49,745 nucleotides of DNA, from IMG/VR virus record IMGVR_UViG_3300049144_000149, positions 1-49,745 of that record; one strand, given 5' to 3'. The position numbers were made by a program, and so were the translations under genes. The first letter of the stretch is position 1, and each line of letters opens with the position of its first letter. This document shows positions 27,502-37,002 of this stretch, piece by piece. The notes below the pieces were generated by a model. It had not been told where the DNA came from, made no database searches, and saw only the letters and a list, made by a program, of their open reading frames with translations. The stretch is from a virus (lineage: Duplodnaviria > Caudoviricetes).

Positions 27502-29469
27502 TTAGGGGGTGACGGGAGCCGTGCCCCAGGTCGCGCCGGTCAGGATCGCGACGGCGGACGGACGGCGGCGAGCCCAGTTGATGAACCGCTCGACGCGGAA
27601 CGCGACCGAGTTCGTCTGGAACATCGACACCAGCGAAGTCGCGCCGGTCGGGGTGGTCGAGTCGTGCGCCGGATTGTCGGCCATCTCGAGCGAAGCCTCG
27701 CGGGACATATCGACCTGAATACCGCCTTCATCGGCCAGGTAGATGTCGCTGGCGTTCGCCAGGACGACGGTGCCGGCCGGGATGTAGTCCGACACGATCA
27801 CCGGCATGCCGTTGAAGGTGCCGCCCGTCATCGAAATGCCAGCAAATTCCGGCTGGCCAAGCGGGTTGACCATCATCGACAGCGCAAGCGCCGTCGTGGA
27901 GCCCATGATCCACACGCCCGTCGTCGGGGCGTTCTGGGCTGCAATGAAGGTCGCCATCAGGGCGCGGATGTCGGCGCGGATCGCGTCAGCATCACCGCCC
28001 GAAGAGGCGACCGGGGTCAGGCCGTTGGTGATCGAAGCAGGCGAGATGCCGCCAACGGCCGCCTTGGCGGGGTTGATGAAGTCGATGTCCAGACGGGCAG
28101 CAATGGCCGCGGCGAGGTTGTCGCGGAGCAGGGCTTCAGCGGCGGGGTTCGACCGGCGCAGGAGCTCTTCCGTCACAACGGCGATGTTCGCCACCTTGAA
28201 GATATCAAGGATGTTGCGCTCATAGGCGAAGCGGGTCAGCGGCTTTGCATCGCCTTCACCCACCCAGTAGCCCTGTCCGCCTTCGGTCTGTCCGACCAGC
28301 GGGACGTTGAAGGGCACATTCCGCAGACCCGGAACGCCGTTCTGACCGAAGCGGCCGAGGATCGTGCGCGGGCGCAGGAACTCAACGAAGTCAGCGATCA
28401 CATCGGTGCCGTCACCGACGAGATTGGCCGCCCAGTTGCCAGTCTGTGTCGAGCCAGCCGGGACAGCAGCCTTGGAGAAAAGACCGTAGACGGCCGAGTT
28501 CTCGCCATAGAGCTCCTTCGCCACGGTGCGGACGCTCTCGCCATCGAGCTTCGCGATCGCCTTGACCTTGGCCAGGCGAGCGAAGCCGATGCCCTTGTCG
28601 AGCTTCTCGACGCTCTTCACCTGGATCGTGGTGCGGGAGGCAGTGCCGTCGTCCGACTTCTGGCCGGAAACCGGCTTGGCGGACTGGGCTTGGGCCTTCT
28701 CAAGAGCGCGGAGGCGCTTGAGATCGCCGTCGATGGCGCCGACCTCGCCCTCGAGCGTGTCGAACTCTTCTTGTTCGCCAGCATCGGTGGAGCGGCCTTC
28801 ATCGATCGACTTCTGCATGACTTCAGCCATGCGGGCGGACTTGGCTTGGCGCGAGGCCTCAAGTGCCGCAATCTGTTCTGCGATAGTCTTCATGTTCGTG
28901 CCCTCCTTCGGGCGCAAGTTGACGGATTTGACGGTTTTTCCGGAAGCGCCCGGGCGGACAGGCCGATCGGTTGCCTTGGGCTCTTTGCCGGTCGCGGCGA
29001 GCAGAGGGGCGTCGATCGACTTGATGGTGGAGATCACCGCATCGGCATTCGCCGGAACGGAGACGAGAGAGAGCTCGAGAACCTCGCTCTTGTTGAAGCG
29101 GATGCCGCCTTCATCGAGGAACGAGTATTCCAGGGCGCGGAAGCCGATGGAGACGCCGCGAACGAGGCCAGACTTGACCTCGCCCCAGGCGGTCTCGACA
29201 CGATCACGCAGCGGGCCTGCCTGCTCGATGATGGGCAGGCGGGCTTCGAAGGTGATGCCGTCCTTCGTGGGACGGTCGAAGGTAACGGTGCCGACCGGCT
29301 TGTCGTGGTCGTGTTGATAGAGCAACGGCATCGGGTTCTTGAACTGAACGCCGAGAGGCTCAACGATGTCTCCCACCCGATCAGGGTTAGGGGTCGTGGC
29401 CACGCCGCGGATAATACGCTGGTCTTCCTCGACCGCCTTCACGGTCAGGACCGAATACATCCTGTTCAT
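27502..29469 (-). CDS. Prohead protease-major capsid fusion (HK97 fold)
   Basis: N-terminal LLYQHD..PVG, SIGF, ELSLVSVPAN protease; coiled-coil scaffold; WVGEG..KP capsid motif. Confidence 0.93.
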   Translation of the reverse strand: MNRMYSVLTVKAVEEDQRIIRGVATTPNPDRVGDIVEPLGVQFKNPMPLLYQHDHDKPVGTVTFDRPTKDGITFEARLPIIEQAGPLRDRVETAWGEVKSGLVRGVSIGFRALEYSFLDEGGIRFNKSEVLELSLVSVPANADAVISTIKSIDAPLLAATGKEPKATDRPVRPGASGKTVKSVNLRPKEGTNMKTIAEQIAALEASRQAKSARMAEVMQKSIDEGRSTDAGEQEEFDTLEGEVGAIDGDLKRLRALEKAQAQSAKPVSGQKSDDGTASRTTIQVKSVEKLDKGIGFARLAKVKAIAKLDGESVRTVAKELYGENSAVYGLFSKAAVPAGSTQTGNWAANLVGDGTDVIADFVEFLRPRTILGRFGQNGVPGLRNVPFNVPLVGQTEGGQGYWVGEGDAKPLTRFAYERNILDIFKVANIAVVTEELLRRSNPAAEALLRDNLAAAIAARLDIDFINPAKAAVGGISPASITNGLTPVASSGGDADAIRADIRALMATFIAAQNAPTTGVWIMGSTTALALSMMVNPLGQPEFAGISMTGGTFNGMPVIVSDYIPAGTVVLANASDIYLADEGGIQVDMSREASLEMADNPAHDSTTPTGATSLVSMFQTNSVAFRVERFINWARRRPSAVAILTGATWGTAPVTP

Positions 29470-29483
29470 TGCAGGGATCCTCG

Positions 29484-31166
29484 TCAGCCCAGAATGAGCA
29501 TCTGGTATTCGCGCTTTCGCGCTGGTTCAGGGTTGCGGCTCATCAGAACCACCGCGTTGAAGGCAGCGACCAGAGGGTCAATTTTGGCCTTGCCGGCCGT
29601 CTGCTTCGTGATCAGCACGGCATTACCGCGCTGCTCGGCCTTTGCATTGCCCACGCACCAGGCCATCATGTCCTGCCCTGCATGCCAGAGAGTGCCGTCC
29701 TTCAGCTTCCGCTCCATGCCCCAGACTGCCGAGGAGAGCCGGAAGCCCTGAGGGACGCCGGTCATCTGCTCGTCATCAATACCGCGGGCCGCGAGCTCGT
29801 CGACCATGGCGGCAACGCCCTGCGGGTCGAAGCCGATGCCATGCTTTTCGGGCAGGAGGCCGGCATCCTTGATCCGCTCCACGATATCCGCGACATCGGT
29901 CACATCCTGCGTCGGCGTCTCGCATCTGGTCAGCGCCTTGGCCTCAATGAAGTCATTCAGGCGCGGCACGATTTCCTTGCGCTGCTCGAAAACGTCGTCA
30001 TGAGCCCAGGCGTGGTTCCAGAGAAGCCAGTCCCGAGTCTTCTTGCACCGCCCGATGACCGCAAGACCGAGAAGGTCGTCCAGCCCGCCGCCGTCGATCC
30101 CGACCACGACTACCTCAGAGCGCTCCAAAAGCGCGTCGAGATCCCGTAGGCTCTCGTCAGCAGCCCCGAGCCAGTATCGGGTGCCAGCCCAAGCATCATT
30201 GCCGAGGGAAAGGCCAATCTCAATGTTCAGGTGCTTGGCGTAAAACGTCCACTTCGCAGCATCATCGCCCGCTTGGACCTTCTGAAGTTCATCCACCAAC
30301 CATTCTTGGCTAACAGACCGCCCGAGGTTCGGGTTGGTGATATAGAGGTTCTCCGCCTTGAAGCAGCTTCTGTCCTCAACCATTGCGGGGGGGAACTCAT
30401 AAAGCACCCCAAGGCTCTTCGGGTCTTTAATCACCCCATCCCGCACATTGCGGAAATACTGTAACTTCGCCTTGAAGACCCCTGCCGGTGGGGCATCGCT
30501 CTGCGTCGTGATCGAAATCACGAACCCTTCCGGGCGCGAGACAAGGCCGCCGGTGGCCTCACGCAGCATTGCGTCAGCACGAGGCTTAGAACCGAACTCC
30601 CATAGCTCATCGATCAGAACGAATGATGCCTTCTTGCCGACGACTGTTGCACTGTCGGCCGCCAGGACCTTGAGCGTTGCCCGATTGGTTTTGTGCGTGA
30701 TCTGCCGCAGGTGGTCCTGAACATGAAGCAGGTCGTCAAGATCCTCATCCGCCCGCACCATGTCAGCAGCAGGCTTGAAGCTATTCTGCGCGGCCTCGAT
30801 TGTCGGTGCCAGGATGAGCAGCTCCGCAGAATGCCGCCAGTTCCGGATCAGCGCAGTGAGCATGATGCCCGCTGCAAGAGTGCTCTTGCCGTTCTTCTTG
30901 CTGATCAGCAGGAAGAACTCTCGGATCAGCCGCTTGCCCGTCTCCGCATCGTAGGCCCCGAAAATCGCCCGGACGAAATCGAAGGCCCACTCATCGCAGG
31001 CCTCGCCAAACGTCGGCTGGCCTGCCACGTCCACCATCCGGAGAGACTTGAACACGGCAAGAGCCGCCTCGGCCTCATCAGGAAAGAGCGGCGGGGTTGC
31101 GACAAGGGATTGCCCGGCTACAATCCGCTCCTGCCAGTCTACGCAGGAGGTACCCCACTCCATCAT
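29484..31166 (-). CDS. terL: Terminase large subunit
   Basis: Walker A KKNGKS, Walker B LIDE, GIDGG..DDL, KIDP. Confidence 0.95.
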   Translation of the reverse strand: MMEWGTSCVDWQERIVAGQSLVATPPLFPDEAEAALAVFKSLRMVDVAGQPTFGEACDEWAFDFVRAIFGAYDAETGKRLIREFFLLISKKNGKSTLAAGIMLTALIRNWRHSAELLILAPTIEAAQNSFKPAADMVRADEDLDDLLHVQDHLRQITHKTNRATLKVLAADSATVVGKKASFVLIDELWEFGSKPRADAMLREATGGLVSRPEGFVISITTQSDAPPAGVFKAKLQYFRNVRDGVIKDPKSLGVLYEFPPAMVEDRSCFKAENLYITNPNLGRSVSQEWLVDELQKVQAGDDAAKWTFYAKHLNIEIGLSLGNDAWAGTRYWLGAADESLRDLDALLERSEVVVVGIDGGGLDDLLGLAVIGRCKKTRDWLLWNHAWAHDDVFEQRKEIVPRLNDFIEAKALTRCETPTQDVTDVADIVERIKDAGLLPEKHGIGFDPQGVAAMVDELAARGIDDEQMTGVPQGFRLSSAVWGMERKLKDGTLWHAGQDMMAWCVGNAKAEQRGNAVLITKQTAGKAKIDPLVAAFNAVVLMSRNPEPARKREYQMLILG

Positions 31167-31504
31167 GACTTGTTGTTGACCACCAGCTTAGGCCCGCTCG
31201 GCGGGGCGAACCTGCTGCCCCCTGATGCAACGCCCTCTGCCGCAGCCTGCCGTTGGGCCCTCTTGCCCTCGGGCTTGTCGCTAGGCTTGGCATGGACGAA
31301 CGGGGCGGCGGCAACAGCCATGCGGTCTCGGCGGCTGTCGTCAGCGTCGTCATCATTCATCACGGCCAGCATATACTCTAGCGGGCTCATTTGAGCCTTG
31401 CGGGCGGCCTTCCTGATATCAGGAGCAACTTTGGCAGTTTCTTTGGCCCGGTTCTTGACGCCCTTAGGGCGACCAGCGCCGGGGCGGTATCCACCTTTTG
31501 CCAT
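31163..31504 (-). CDS. terS: Terminase small subunit
   Basis: [12 protein letters not shown]; PLEYML.VM; AAAPFVHAK; coupled to terL. Confidence 0.85.
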   Translation of the reverse strand: MAKGGYRPGAGRPKGVKNRAKETAKVAPDIRKAARKAQMSPLEYMLAVMNDDDADDSRRDRMAVAAAPFVHAKPSDKPEGKRAQRQAAAEGVASGGSRFAPPSGPKLVVNNKS

Positions 31505-31509
31505 TTGAC

Positions 31510-32061
31510 CTATCCAAACAATCGGAGCTGCCCACCTCCCCTATCCCCTTTGCGGGAGTTGCAGAGCCAGTGGGAGCACTGGGCATTCGAGCGCTCGTGA
31601 TGACCGCCCTTGGCCAGAGGAATGATATGATCGAGGCTCGCGCGCATCGGGTCAGGGGAGCGCAAGCGTTTATCGACCTTCTGATGGCAGATGCCGCACA
31701 TCCAGCCGTCGCGCTGGAAGATCTCGACATCCCTGAACTCTTCAACGCGGGCCGCACGGAACCGGGCTCTGCGCCGATGTCCCTTTGCCCGTTCCTTCTC
31801 ATCATGGCCCTCGTAGAGCCTTGTTGAAGCACGGTGGCAGGGGATCGAGCAGAAGCGTTGGGCCCCACGCTCTTCAATCTCACCCTTGCTTTGGTGCCGA
31901 GGGCTGAATTCGACGCCGCATGCCAAACAATTCAACACCCTCAGCGCTCGTTGGCCTCGGATCTTCTTGCAGTCTTCCGAGCAGAACCGGCGGAGCCGCC
32001 CTGAACCTTGCTTCTGGTACTGAAATTCTGTCTCACAGACGATGCAGGAAGCGATTATCAA
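31510..32061 (-). CDS. HNH endonuclease with Zn-finger repeats
   Basis: CxxC/FCSxxC repeats; RDGWMCGIC, DHIIPL..GG.H..SN...H..CN..K; TTG start uncertain. Confidence 0.85.
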   Translation of the reverse strand: MIIASCIVCETEFQYQKQGSGRLRRFCSEDCKKIRGQRALRVLNCLACGVEFSPRHQSKGEIEERGAQRFCSIPCHRASTRLYEGHDEKERAKGHRRRARFRAARVEEFRDVEIFQRDGWMCGICHQKVDKRLRSPDPMRASLDHIIPLAKGGHHERSNAQCSHWLCNSRKGDRGGGQLRLFG

Positions 32062-32134
32062 GAGCAGCGTATCCGGTGGCCTTGCTTTGATTTTAGCGCA
32101 ATCCGCACTGATAAAAATATCAAAACCCCAAAAC

Positions 32135-32206
32135 TAATCTCTCGATGAGGGGGGCGCGGGTGCAGCGGTAAGCAGCGATCCTGAACTTTTGACCACCCCC
32201 CACCCC
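32135..32206 (-). other. Probable cos packaging region
   Basis: - strand GGGGTGGGGGGTGGTCAAAAGT...ACCCGCGCCCCCC layout between packaging HNH and terS, as in HK97-like phages. Confidence 0.55.
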
Positions 32207-32664
32207 TAGTCGGCCTTAAGGCTCAAGGTCGGCCGGCCTGAGGAGACGTTTCGGATGATCTCGTACGCCTCATGAAAGATAGGGTGCCAGTGGGCGTCCA
32301 GCTGGGTGTCCAATGGGTGCCAGAAGAACTCGAAGACATGCCCGTGGTCGTCCGCCGTGTGATGGCTCCAACGATCAGGAAGTCCTTTTGCTTCAGCGTA
32401 GAAGAAGTGCCAGAGGTTGCGCTCCGGGCCGATTTGACACTGGCCCACGGATACCATGGGCGTCGGCAGCAAGAGCCCACTCTCTTCCTTTAGCTCGCGG
32501 ACTGCCGCCTCCGCAGGGCTTTCCTGAGACTCGATCGTACCCTTAACAAACTGCCGTCCCGCACTGGGGTGCTGAAAGGCTAAGACCTCGCGGCGACCTT
32601 TGACGACCCTGAAGACGATTGGGCAGGCTTTCTGTTGTGCGTCCATGGGGACTAGGATGCCCAT
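32206..32664 (-). CDS. Nudix hydrolase
   Basis: Complete Nudix box GTIESQESPAEAAVRELKEESGL. Confidence 0.9.
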   Translation of the reverse strand: MGILVPMDAQQKACPIVFRVVKGRREVLAFQHPSAGRQFVKGTIESQESPAEAAVRELKEESGLLLPTPMVSVGQCQIGPERNLWHFFYAEAKGLPDRWSHHTADDHGHVFEFFWHPLDTQLDAHWHPIFHEAYEIIRNVSSGRPTLSLKAD

Positions 32665-32703
32665 CTACTGGCAGAAGGCAATGTGCGCTGTGGGTGCGAC
32701 CTC

Positions 32704-33012
32704 TCAGGTCTGCCCTCTTGCCCTTCGTGCTCGGGCTAGTGCCGTCTTCTTCTGGTGATGAGCATGGCACAGAAGCTCAATATTATTCGGATCCAGATCA
32801 GAGCCACCGTCCTTACGCTCTACGATGTGATCAGCAATGATGCGGTCCGTGGATCCGCAGCGTGCACAGTATGCGCCTCTCTGTCTCTTGATCCTGGCTA
32901 CCAGGGAGCGCCACTCGGGCGACGAGTAGAACTGCTCTACGATCTTGGGAGGAGACTTCAGCCTCGGAGGAGCAGAGGATAGCCGAGGCTTGATGTTGGT
33001 CAGCTTACCCAT
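32704..33012 (-). CDS. Packaging-associated HNH endonuclease (HK97 gp74-like)
   Basis: FYSSPEW...CARC...DHIVERKDGG...NIELLC..HH..KT. Confidence 0.9.
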   Translation of the reverse strand: MGKLTNIKPRLSSAPPRLKSPPKIVEQFYSSPEWRSLVARIKRQRGAYCARCGSTDRIIADHIVERKDGGSDLDPNNIELLCHAHHQKKTALARARRARGQT

Positions 33013-33122
33013 GGTCCCTTCGCCGTCTCTAGGAGTTCGGGCATTCTGCGCGCGTCACTCTGGCAAGACCAAACTATCCTTAAGCAATTGGGAATAAAGC
33101 TATATGCAGCCAGGAGAGCACG

Positions 33123-33383
33123 ATGTATTCAGGATATCACTTAGATGAAGCCGTTAACCTTCTTTCTCGCAAGACGGCCACTAACAATGCCAATGTAGAC
33201 ACCCTCGTTCCGGCTGCCAGTATGTCGCTTCAAGAGGCCGCACGGGTTGTCGTAGAGGACTGGGGTAAGGACAGAGCCCGACAGCTTAGCGCTGTAATTC
33301 TGAGAGATTCCGGGCAAGCGATCCAAAGGCTGGATGAGATCCGAGCAATATATGCTCTGACCCATAGGTCGCCCACGGGATAG
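33123..33383 (+). CDS. Hypothetical protein
   Basis: AGGAG RBS, 86 aa. Confidence 0.6.
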   Translation: MYSGYHLDEAVNLLSRKTATNNANVDTLVPAASMSLQEAARVVVEDWGKDRARQLSAVILRDSGQAIQRLDEIRAIYALTHRSPTG

Positions 33384-33412
33384 TGCCCCGGTTCTCTGCC
33401 TTGCTCTGTGAT

Positions 33413-33562
33413 TTAGGGGCCTTGGCAATTAGCGCTTAGTGGACGGGGTGGCTGCTTCTCACCAGGAGGCGAAGGCCTCTGGCCGTGACCATACCCGACC
33501 AAGACGCTGCCTACGAGGACGAGCACTAGGAAACAGACCAAGAGGATGTCCATGCTCGGCAT
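33413..33562 (-). CDS. Putative single-TM microprotein
   Basis: MPSMDILLVCFLVLVLVGSVLVGYG...; starts right after the 33564 stop. Confidence 0.35.
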   Translation of the reverse strand: MPSMDILLVCFLVLVLVGSVLVGYGHGQRPSPPGEKQPPRPLSANCQGP

Positions 33563-33563
33563 C

Positions 33564-33683
33564 CTAAGCCAGGTGGATGTCTCGGGCTACCATGAGCATC
33601 TGCCGCTTCAGCATCTCGGAGCGATATAGCTCGTCCATGTTCTCTCTCAGCGTCTGGGTGAGGAAGCGGCGAAGGATGTCCAT
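33564..33683 (-). CDS. Small hypothetical protein (MDILRRFLT family, copy 1)
   Basis: GAGGGG RBS; paralogue at 34473-34617. Confidence 0.5.
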   Translation of the reverse strand: MDILRRFLTQTLRENMDELYRSEMLKRQMLMVARDIHLA

Positions 33684-33969
33684 GGGTCGAACCCCTCGCC
33701 TGGCGTCGTGTTCTCTTTGCCTTGCTTTGTGGTGTAGGGGATTGGGCATGCAGATATCGCAACCTTGGCTTTAAGACGATAGTCCTAATAAGATTAGGCT
33801 CTGCCCTCTAAAGATGCTAATGTTCCCAACTTAGAGATTGGGTGAAGCATGAACTCACGTCGAGACGACTTATGGGACTTCGGTATTGACTCTCTTGTGG
33901 TCACAGTGGTCGTGCTCTCGCTTGCAGCAATATTCTGGAGTGTGATGCAGTTAACTTGAGGAGGGCTGT

Positions 33970-34191
33970 ATGTCACGGGCTGACTACTTCATCTCGCAAG
34001 ACGGACCTCGTTGGAAGGTCAGTCTCTACGGAGATGATTGCACCTTCCAAACGCAATCAGATGCTATACGGACAGCTGTTGATGCTGCTGACGCAGCCGG
34101 CCGCGCCGGCTTAGATGCGCAAGTGCTTGTTCAAGGCCACTCCGGCCGTTGGCGAGCCGAATGGATCTATGGACACGATCTCAACCTATAA
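33970..34191 (+). CDS. DUF2188-like small protein
   Basis: WKV...F.TQ.DAI..A...A...VLVQG..G.W..EW.YG. Confidence 0.72.
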   Translation: MSRADYFISQDGPRWKVSLYGDDCTFQTQSDAIRTAVDAADAAGRAGLDAQVLVQGHSGRWRAEWIYGHDLNL

Positions 34192-34251
34192 AGAGGCTAG
34201 AATTCCAGACTAGCCTCTCGGCCTCTGGCATTTGAATGAAGGGCCTTGCAT

Positions 34252-34449
34252 TCAGGCTGCCGCTTGTAGCTCTTCCAGCAGCTTCTTCATATAGGCAGCG
34301 CCGTTCTCGCCATAGGACGGCTCCTTGCCCTCGTTCTCATCCTTCAGGAACTGGCCGACCGTTTCAAACTCAGCATCGAACGCGTTGGGATCATCGATGT
34401 ACCGGCGCATCCATTCGTTGAGGGCTTTAGCGATTTGCTCGGGTGTCAT
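34252..34449 (-). CDS. Hypothetical protein
   Basis: NEWMRRYIDDP..F...YG..GAAY; RBS present. Confidence 0.7.
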   Translation of the reverse strand: MTPEQIAKALNEWMRRYIDDPNAFDAEFETVGQFLKDENEGKEPSYGENGAAYMKKLLEELQAAA

Positions 34450-34472
34450 AGTCGGTTCCCCTGTGGGGTAAG

Positions 34473-34617
34473 TCAGGCCAGGTTGAGATCCCGGCGTATG
34501 GGCTTCAGGTCATCGTACTGAAGCATGTACTGCTGGTTACGCCGCATCTCGGACAGTTGAAGTTCCGTCTGGTTTTCCCCTGAGTGTCAGGGTCAGGAAG
34601 CGGCGAAGGATGTCCAT
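34473..34617 (-). pseudogene. Frameshifted paralogue of 33564-33683
   Basis: MDILRRFLTLTLR then one extra G in GGGG; shifted frame gives ENQTELQLSEM...RRDLNLA*. Confidence 0.6.
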
Positions 34618-34704
34618 GGGCTTTGCCCTATGTTACCTAGCGGACATTAAGAACACTCAATCAAAGCCTGCGAGATACGTATCAGGAATTCCAGTGGAGG
34701 CATC

Positions 34705-34812
34705 ATGTTCGGAGATTTGCCAAAAGGACGACCCAAAACATGGCTAGCCTTCATAGGCATCGCTGCCCTTGGCGTCATCGGCCTATCGGCAATAGCTCTT
34801 CTTATCTCCTGA
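34705..34812 (+). CDS. Single-TM microprotein (35 aa)
   Basis: GGAGG RBS; MFGDLPKGRPKTWLAFIGIAALGVIGLSAIALLIS. Confidence 0.55.
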   Translation: MFGDLPKGRPKTWLAFIGIAALGVIGLSAIALLIS

Positions 34813-35032
34813 GCAGCCGCAACCTCGACCAATTGCTCCTCAAGGTGCTGGCCGGGAGCGGTTAGCAGCCGATACAGATGCTTCCCGGCGTATCAGCCCC
34901 AGCTTCTCAGCGATGCTCTCTTCAACGTACTCGTGAAATCATTTTGTGAAGAATTTGAATAAAGCTGAGTTTTTTGAAATACAGCCAACCGGCTCATTGT
35001 TAACTATGCTGATCGGGTCTAGAGGACAGGCC

Positions 35033-35143
35033 ATGTCACCGCGGCGAGAACGTCTCTGGGATCAGATAATCAATACAACCCTGATCGGTATCGCCGTTGT
35101 ATGCATGACTTGGGTTGTCGTGGTCCTGCGAGAACTCCCCTGA
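35033..35143 (+). CDS. Single-TM microprotein (36 aa)
   Basis: GAGGA RBS; MSPRRERLWDQIINTTLIGIAVVCMTWVVVVLRELP. Confidence 0.55.
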   Translation: MSPRRERLWDQIINTTLIGIAVVCMTWVVVVLRELP

Positions 35144-35267
35144 CTCTGAGAATTCATAACGCATTCCCCTGAACCTCTATAGGATACTTGCTGGAAACGC
35201 GCCTTCATGTCCCCTCGCGTAAAACAAAACTGGTCTGTGACCAACTAATTATAGGGCCGAGGATTAC

Positions 35268-35396
35268 ATGAAGATGCCGTCTAAGAGGCTCAGTGAGCTT
35301 CTTTTTTTATTGGTTCTGGCGAGCAGCGGCATCTTGGCGATTGTGCTGATCATTCTGAGCATTACTCAATTAGGTGACCTTGATCCGACACGCTAG
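35268..35396 (+). CDS. Single-TM microprotein (42 aa)
   Basis: GAGGA RBS; MKMPSKRLSELLFLLVLASSGILAIVLIILSITQLGDLDPTR. Confidence 0.5.
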   Translation: MKMPSKRLSELLFLLVLASSGILAIVLIILSITQLGDLDPTR

Positions 35397-35511
35397 AGCA
35401 CGGTCCCTGCCAGTCGGTCTGTCCCTCGTGTATGCATATCAGCTCCTATCTCCACCATGAGGGCGCCACCGTCTCGGCGGTGCGCCTTGCGGGATTTGGG
35501 CATGAAAACCA

Positions 35512-35543
35512 AGAAAAACCCGCCTCGGATAGACCGGGCGGGG
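35512..35543 (-). terminator. Intrinsic terminator in late leader
   Basis: CCCGCCCGG-TCTAT-CCGAGGCGGG followed by TTTTTCTT on - strand. Confidence 0.65.
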
Positions 35544-35803
35544 TGGAGGTGCTGCTCACATGGGAGTGACCTGTAACCAAGTGCCGACCGTGCAGCAGCC
35601 GACGAAGCAGTGTTGGGAGACTAGCATAGGTTAATTTTCATGCAACTAGGCCACTTATCAAAGTGACGGCGACTCGTTGGGACTGACGCAGGCTTCGCAC
35701 TTGAGAGGACAGCGGCCGTAGCTCCATCCTCCGAAGCGGTCGTAGCTCAAAGCCTTTTCGGGCGAGCACACTGCACCACACGTCTTGAATGGTATAACTA
35801 CCG

Positions 35804-36370
35804 TTAAGCCGCCTTGGTTGCAAGAGTCTCTGAGACATTTGTCAACAAGAGACGTTCGCCCTCGACAATTCCCGCATGAATAGCCGGGAAGTGTCCGAGT
35901 ACTTCGCCCTTATACCAAAGAGCAGCCACAAGCTGAGGTCGGATCCTGTGTGCAAATCGCGTGAGCTGCTTCGTGCCGAACGGCCCCATGACACGGAAGA
36001 ATGGCCGATCATGAACCACGGCGGCGCCATACACTACACGGTCATGATAAGCCCAAAGCTCTCGCTGCCCGCAGACAGCAGGATCGACGCCTACGAAAAG
36101 GTAGCCCGCAGCCGGCCGCTTGCCGACCTCGTACACCCTACCCCGGCGCCGAACCATATCAGGCTCGACAGGCCGGTAGGTTGCGAACCCGGCTTCCTCT
36201 AGGCCCTTCTGGACTTTGGCTTCGGTCTTGGCGTTCACTCGGACCACATACCATCTCCGGCTCTCGTCAATCTTCACCGGGAGCCGCTCAAGGCGGATAA
36301 AGTGAGCAGACGTGGGCTTTGCAGTCTCAAAGCCTTGGCGATGCTTCTTGCGACGGTTCTTCTTAGCCAT
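35804..36370 (-). CDS. NusG-family late antiterminator
   Basis: WYVVRV....E..V...L...GF.TY.P and GYLFV NGN motifs; lambda Q position. Confidence 0.82.
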   Translation of the reverse strand: MAKKNRRKKHRQGFETAKPTSAHFIRLERLPVKIDESRRWYVVRVNAKTEAKVQKGLEEAGFATYRPVEPDMVRRRGRVYEVGKRPAAGYLFVGVDPAVCGQRELWAYHDRVVYGAAVVHDRPFFRVMGPFGTKQLTRFAHRIRPQLVAALWYKGEVLGHFPAIHAGIVEGERLLLTNVSETLATKAA

Positions 36371-36436
36371 GTGCGGGGGTCTCACTGGTTAAGTGTTAGC
36401 GGGGAGCGGCAGACAGGGCGAAGCGGGGGAGGTTCG

Positions 36437-36778
36437 TCATGCTGCTGCCTTCCATTCCATGCGGGCGGGATGAGCGGGGAGTTCTGAAGGTCCGACGCCA
36501 TACGTGCGCTTGCAGATGCGGTAGACCTGAGCGCGGGAGATGCCGAGGCGCTCGCTGATGATGGTTTGCGAGAGGCCCTGCTCGAGCAGCTTCAATACCT
36601 TGTTGTGGTCGTATTGAGCCTCCCGGCCGGCCTTCGCCCTGACAGTGACGCCCCTCGTGTAGCGGACGGCAGTGCGCCGGCTGATATCGAACTCAGCCTC
36701 AAGGTCGGTCAGGGATTTTCCTGCCCATTTGGCCGCCCTGATTTCGGCAGCGATTTCATGGGGAGCACGGTACTTCAT
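36437..36778 (-). CDS. Tandem HTH DNA-binding protein
   Basis: GKSLTDLEAEFDISRRT and GLSQTIISERLGISRAQVYRI. Confidence 0.8.
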   Translation of the reverse strand: MKYRAPHEIAAEIRAAKWAGKSLTDLEAEFDISRRTAVRYTRGVTVRAKAGREAQYDHNKVLKLLEQGLSQTIISERLGISRAQVYRICKRTYGVGPSELPAHPARMEWKAAA

Positions 36779-37002
36779 CCAGCCCCGCCCTTGTTCGTGT
36801 TCCGCAAGGTCGCCTTGATGGCATCACTGGCCGCCAGATCGCCCCAGCCCTCGGACTTAAGGCGCGCAAGAGCCTCGAAAGGATCTTCCTTCGGCTTGGC
36901 TTGCTCCTTCGTAGCCATCTGTGGGCGGATCTTCTGCTCCCAGTAGCGCACCGCACGGGCGCGCTGCTCCACCGTCGCTTCCGTCTCATTCGACTGCGGC
37001 AT
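36775..37002 (-). CDS. Hypothetical protein
   Basis: Coupled ORF. Confidence 0.6.
   Translation of the reverse strand: MPQSNETEATVEQRARAVRYWEQKIRPQMATKEQAKPKEDPFEALARLKSEGWGDLAASDAIKATLRNTNKGGAG

Noticed and set aside
27664-29751. 695-aa + strand ORF (and similar long ORFs at 12039, 16195, 24798, 26468, 48597)
   Set aside because: Antisense shadows of GC-rich genuine genes; no motifs
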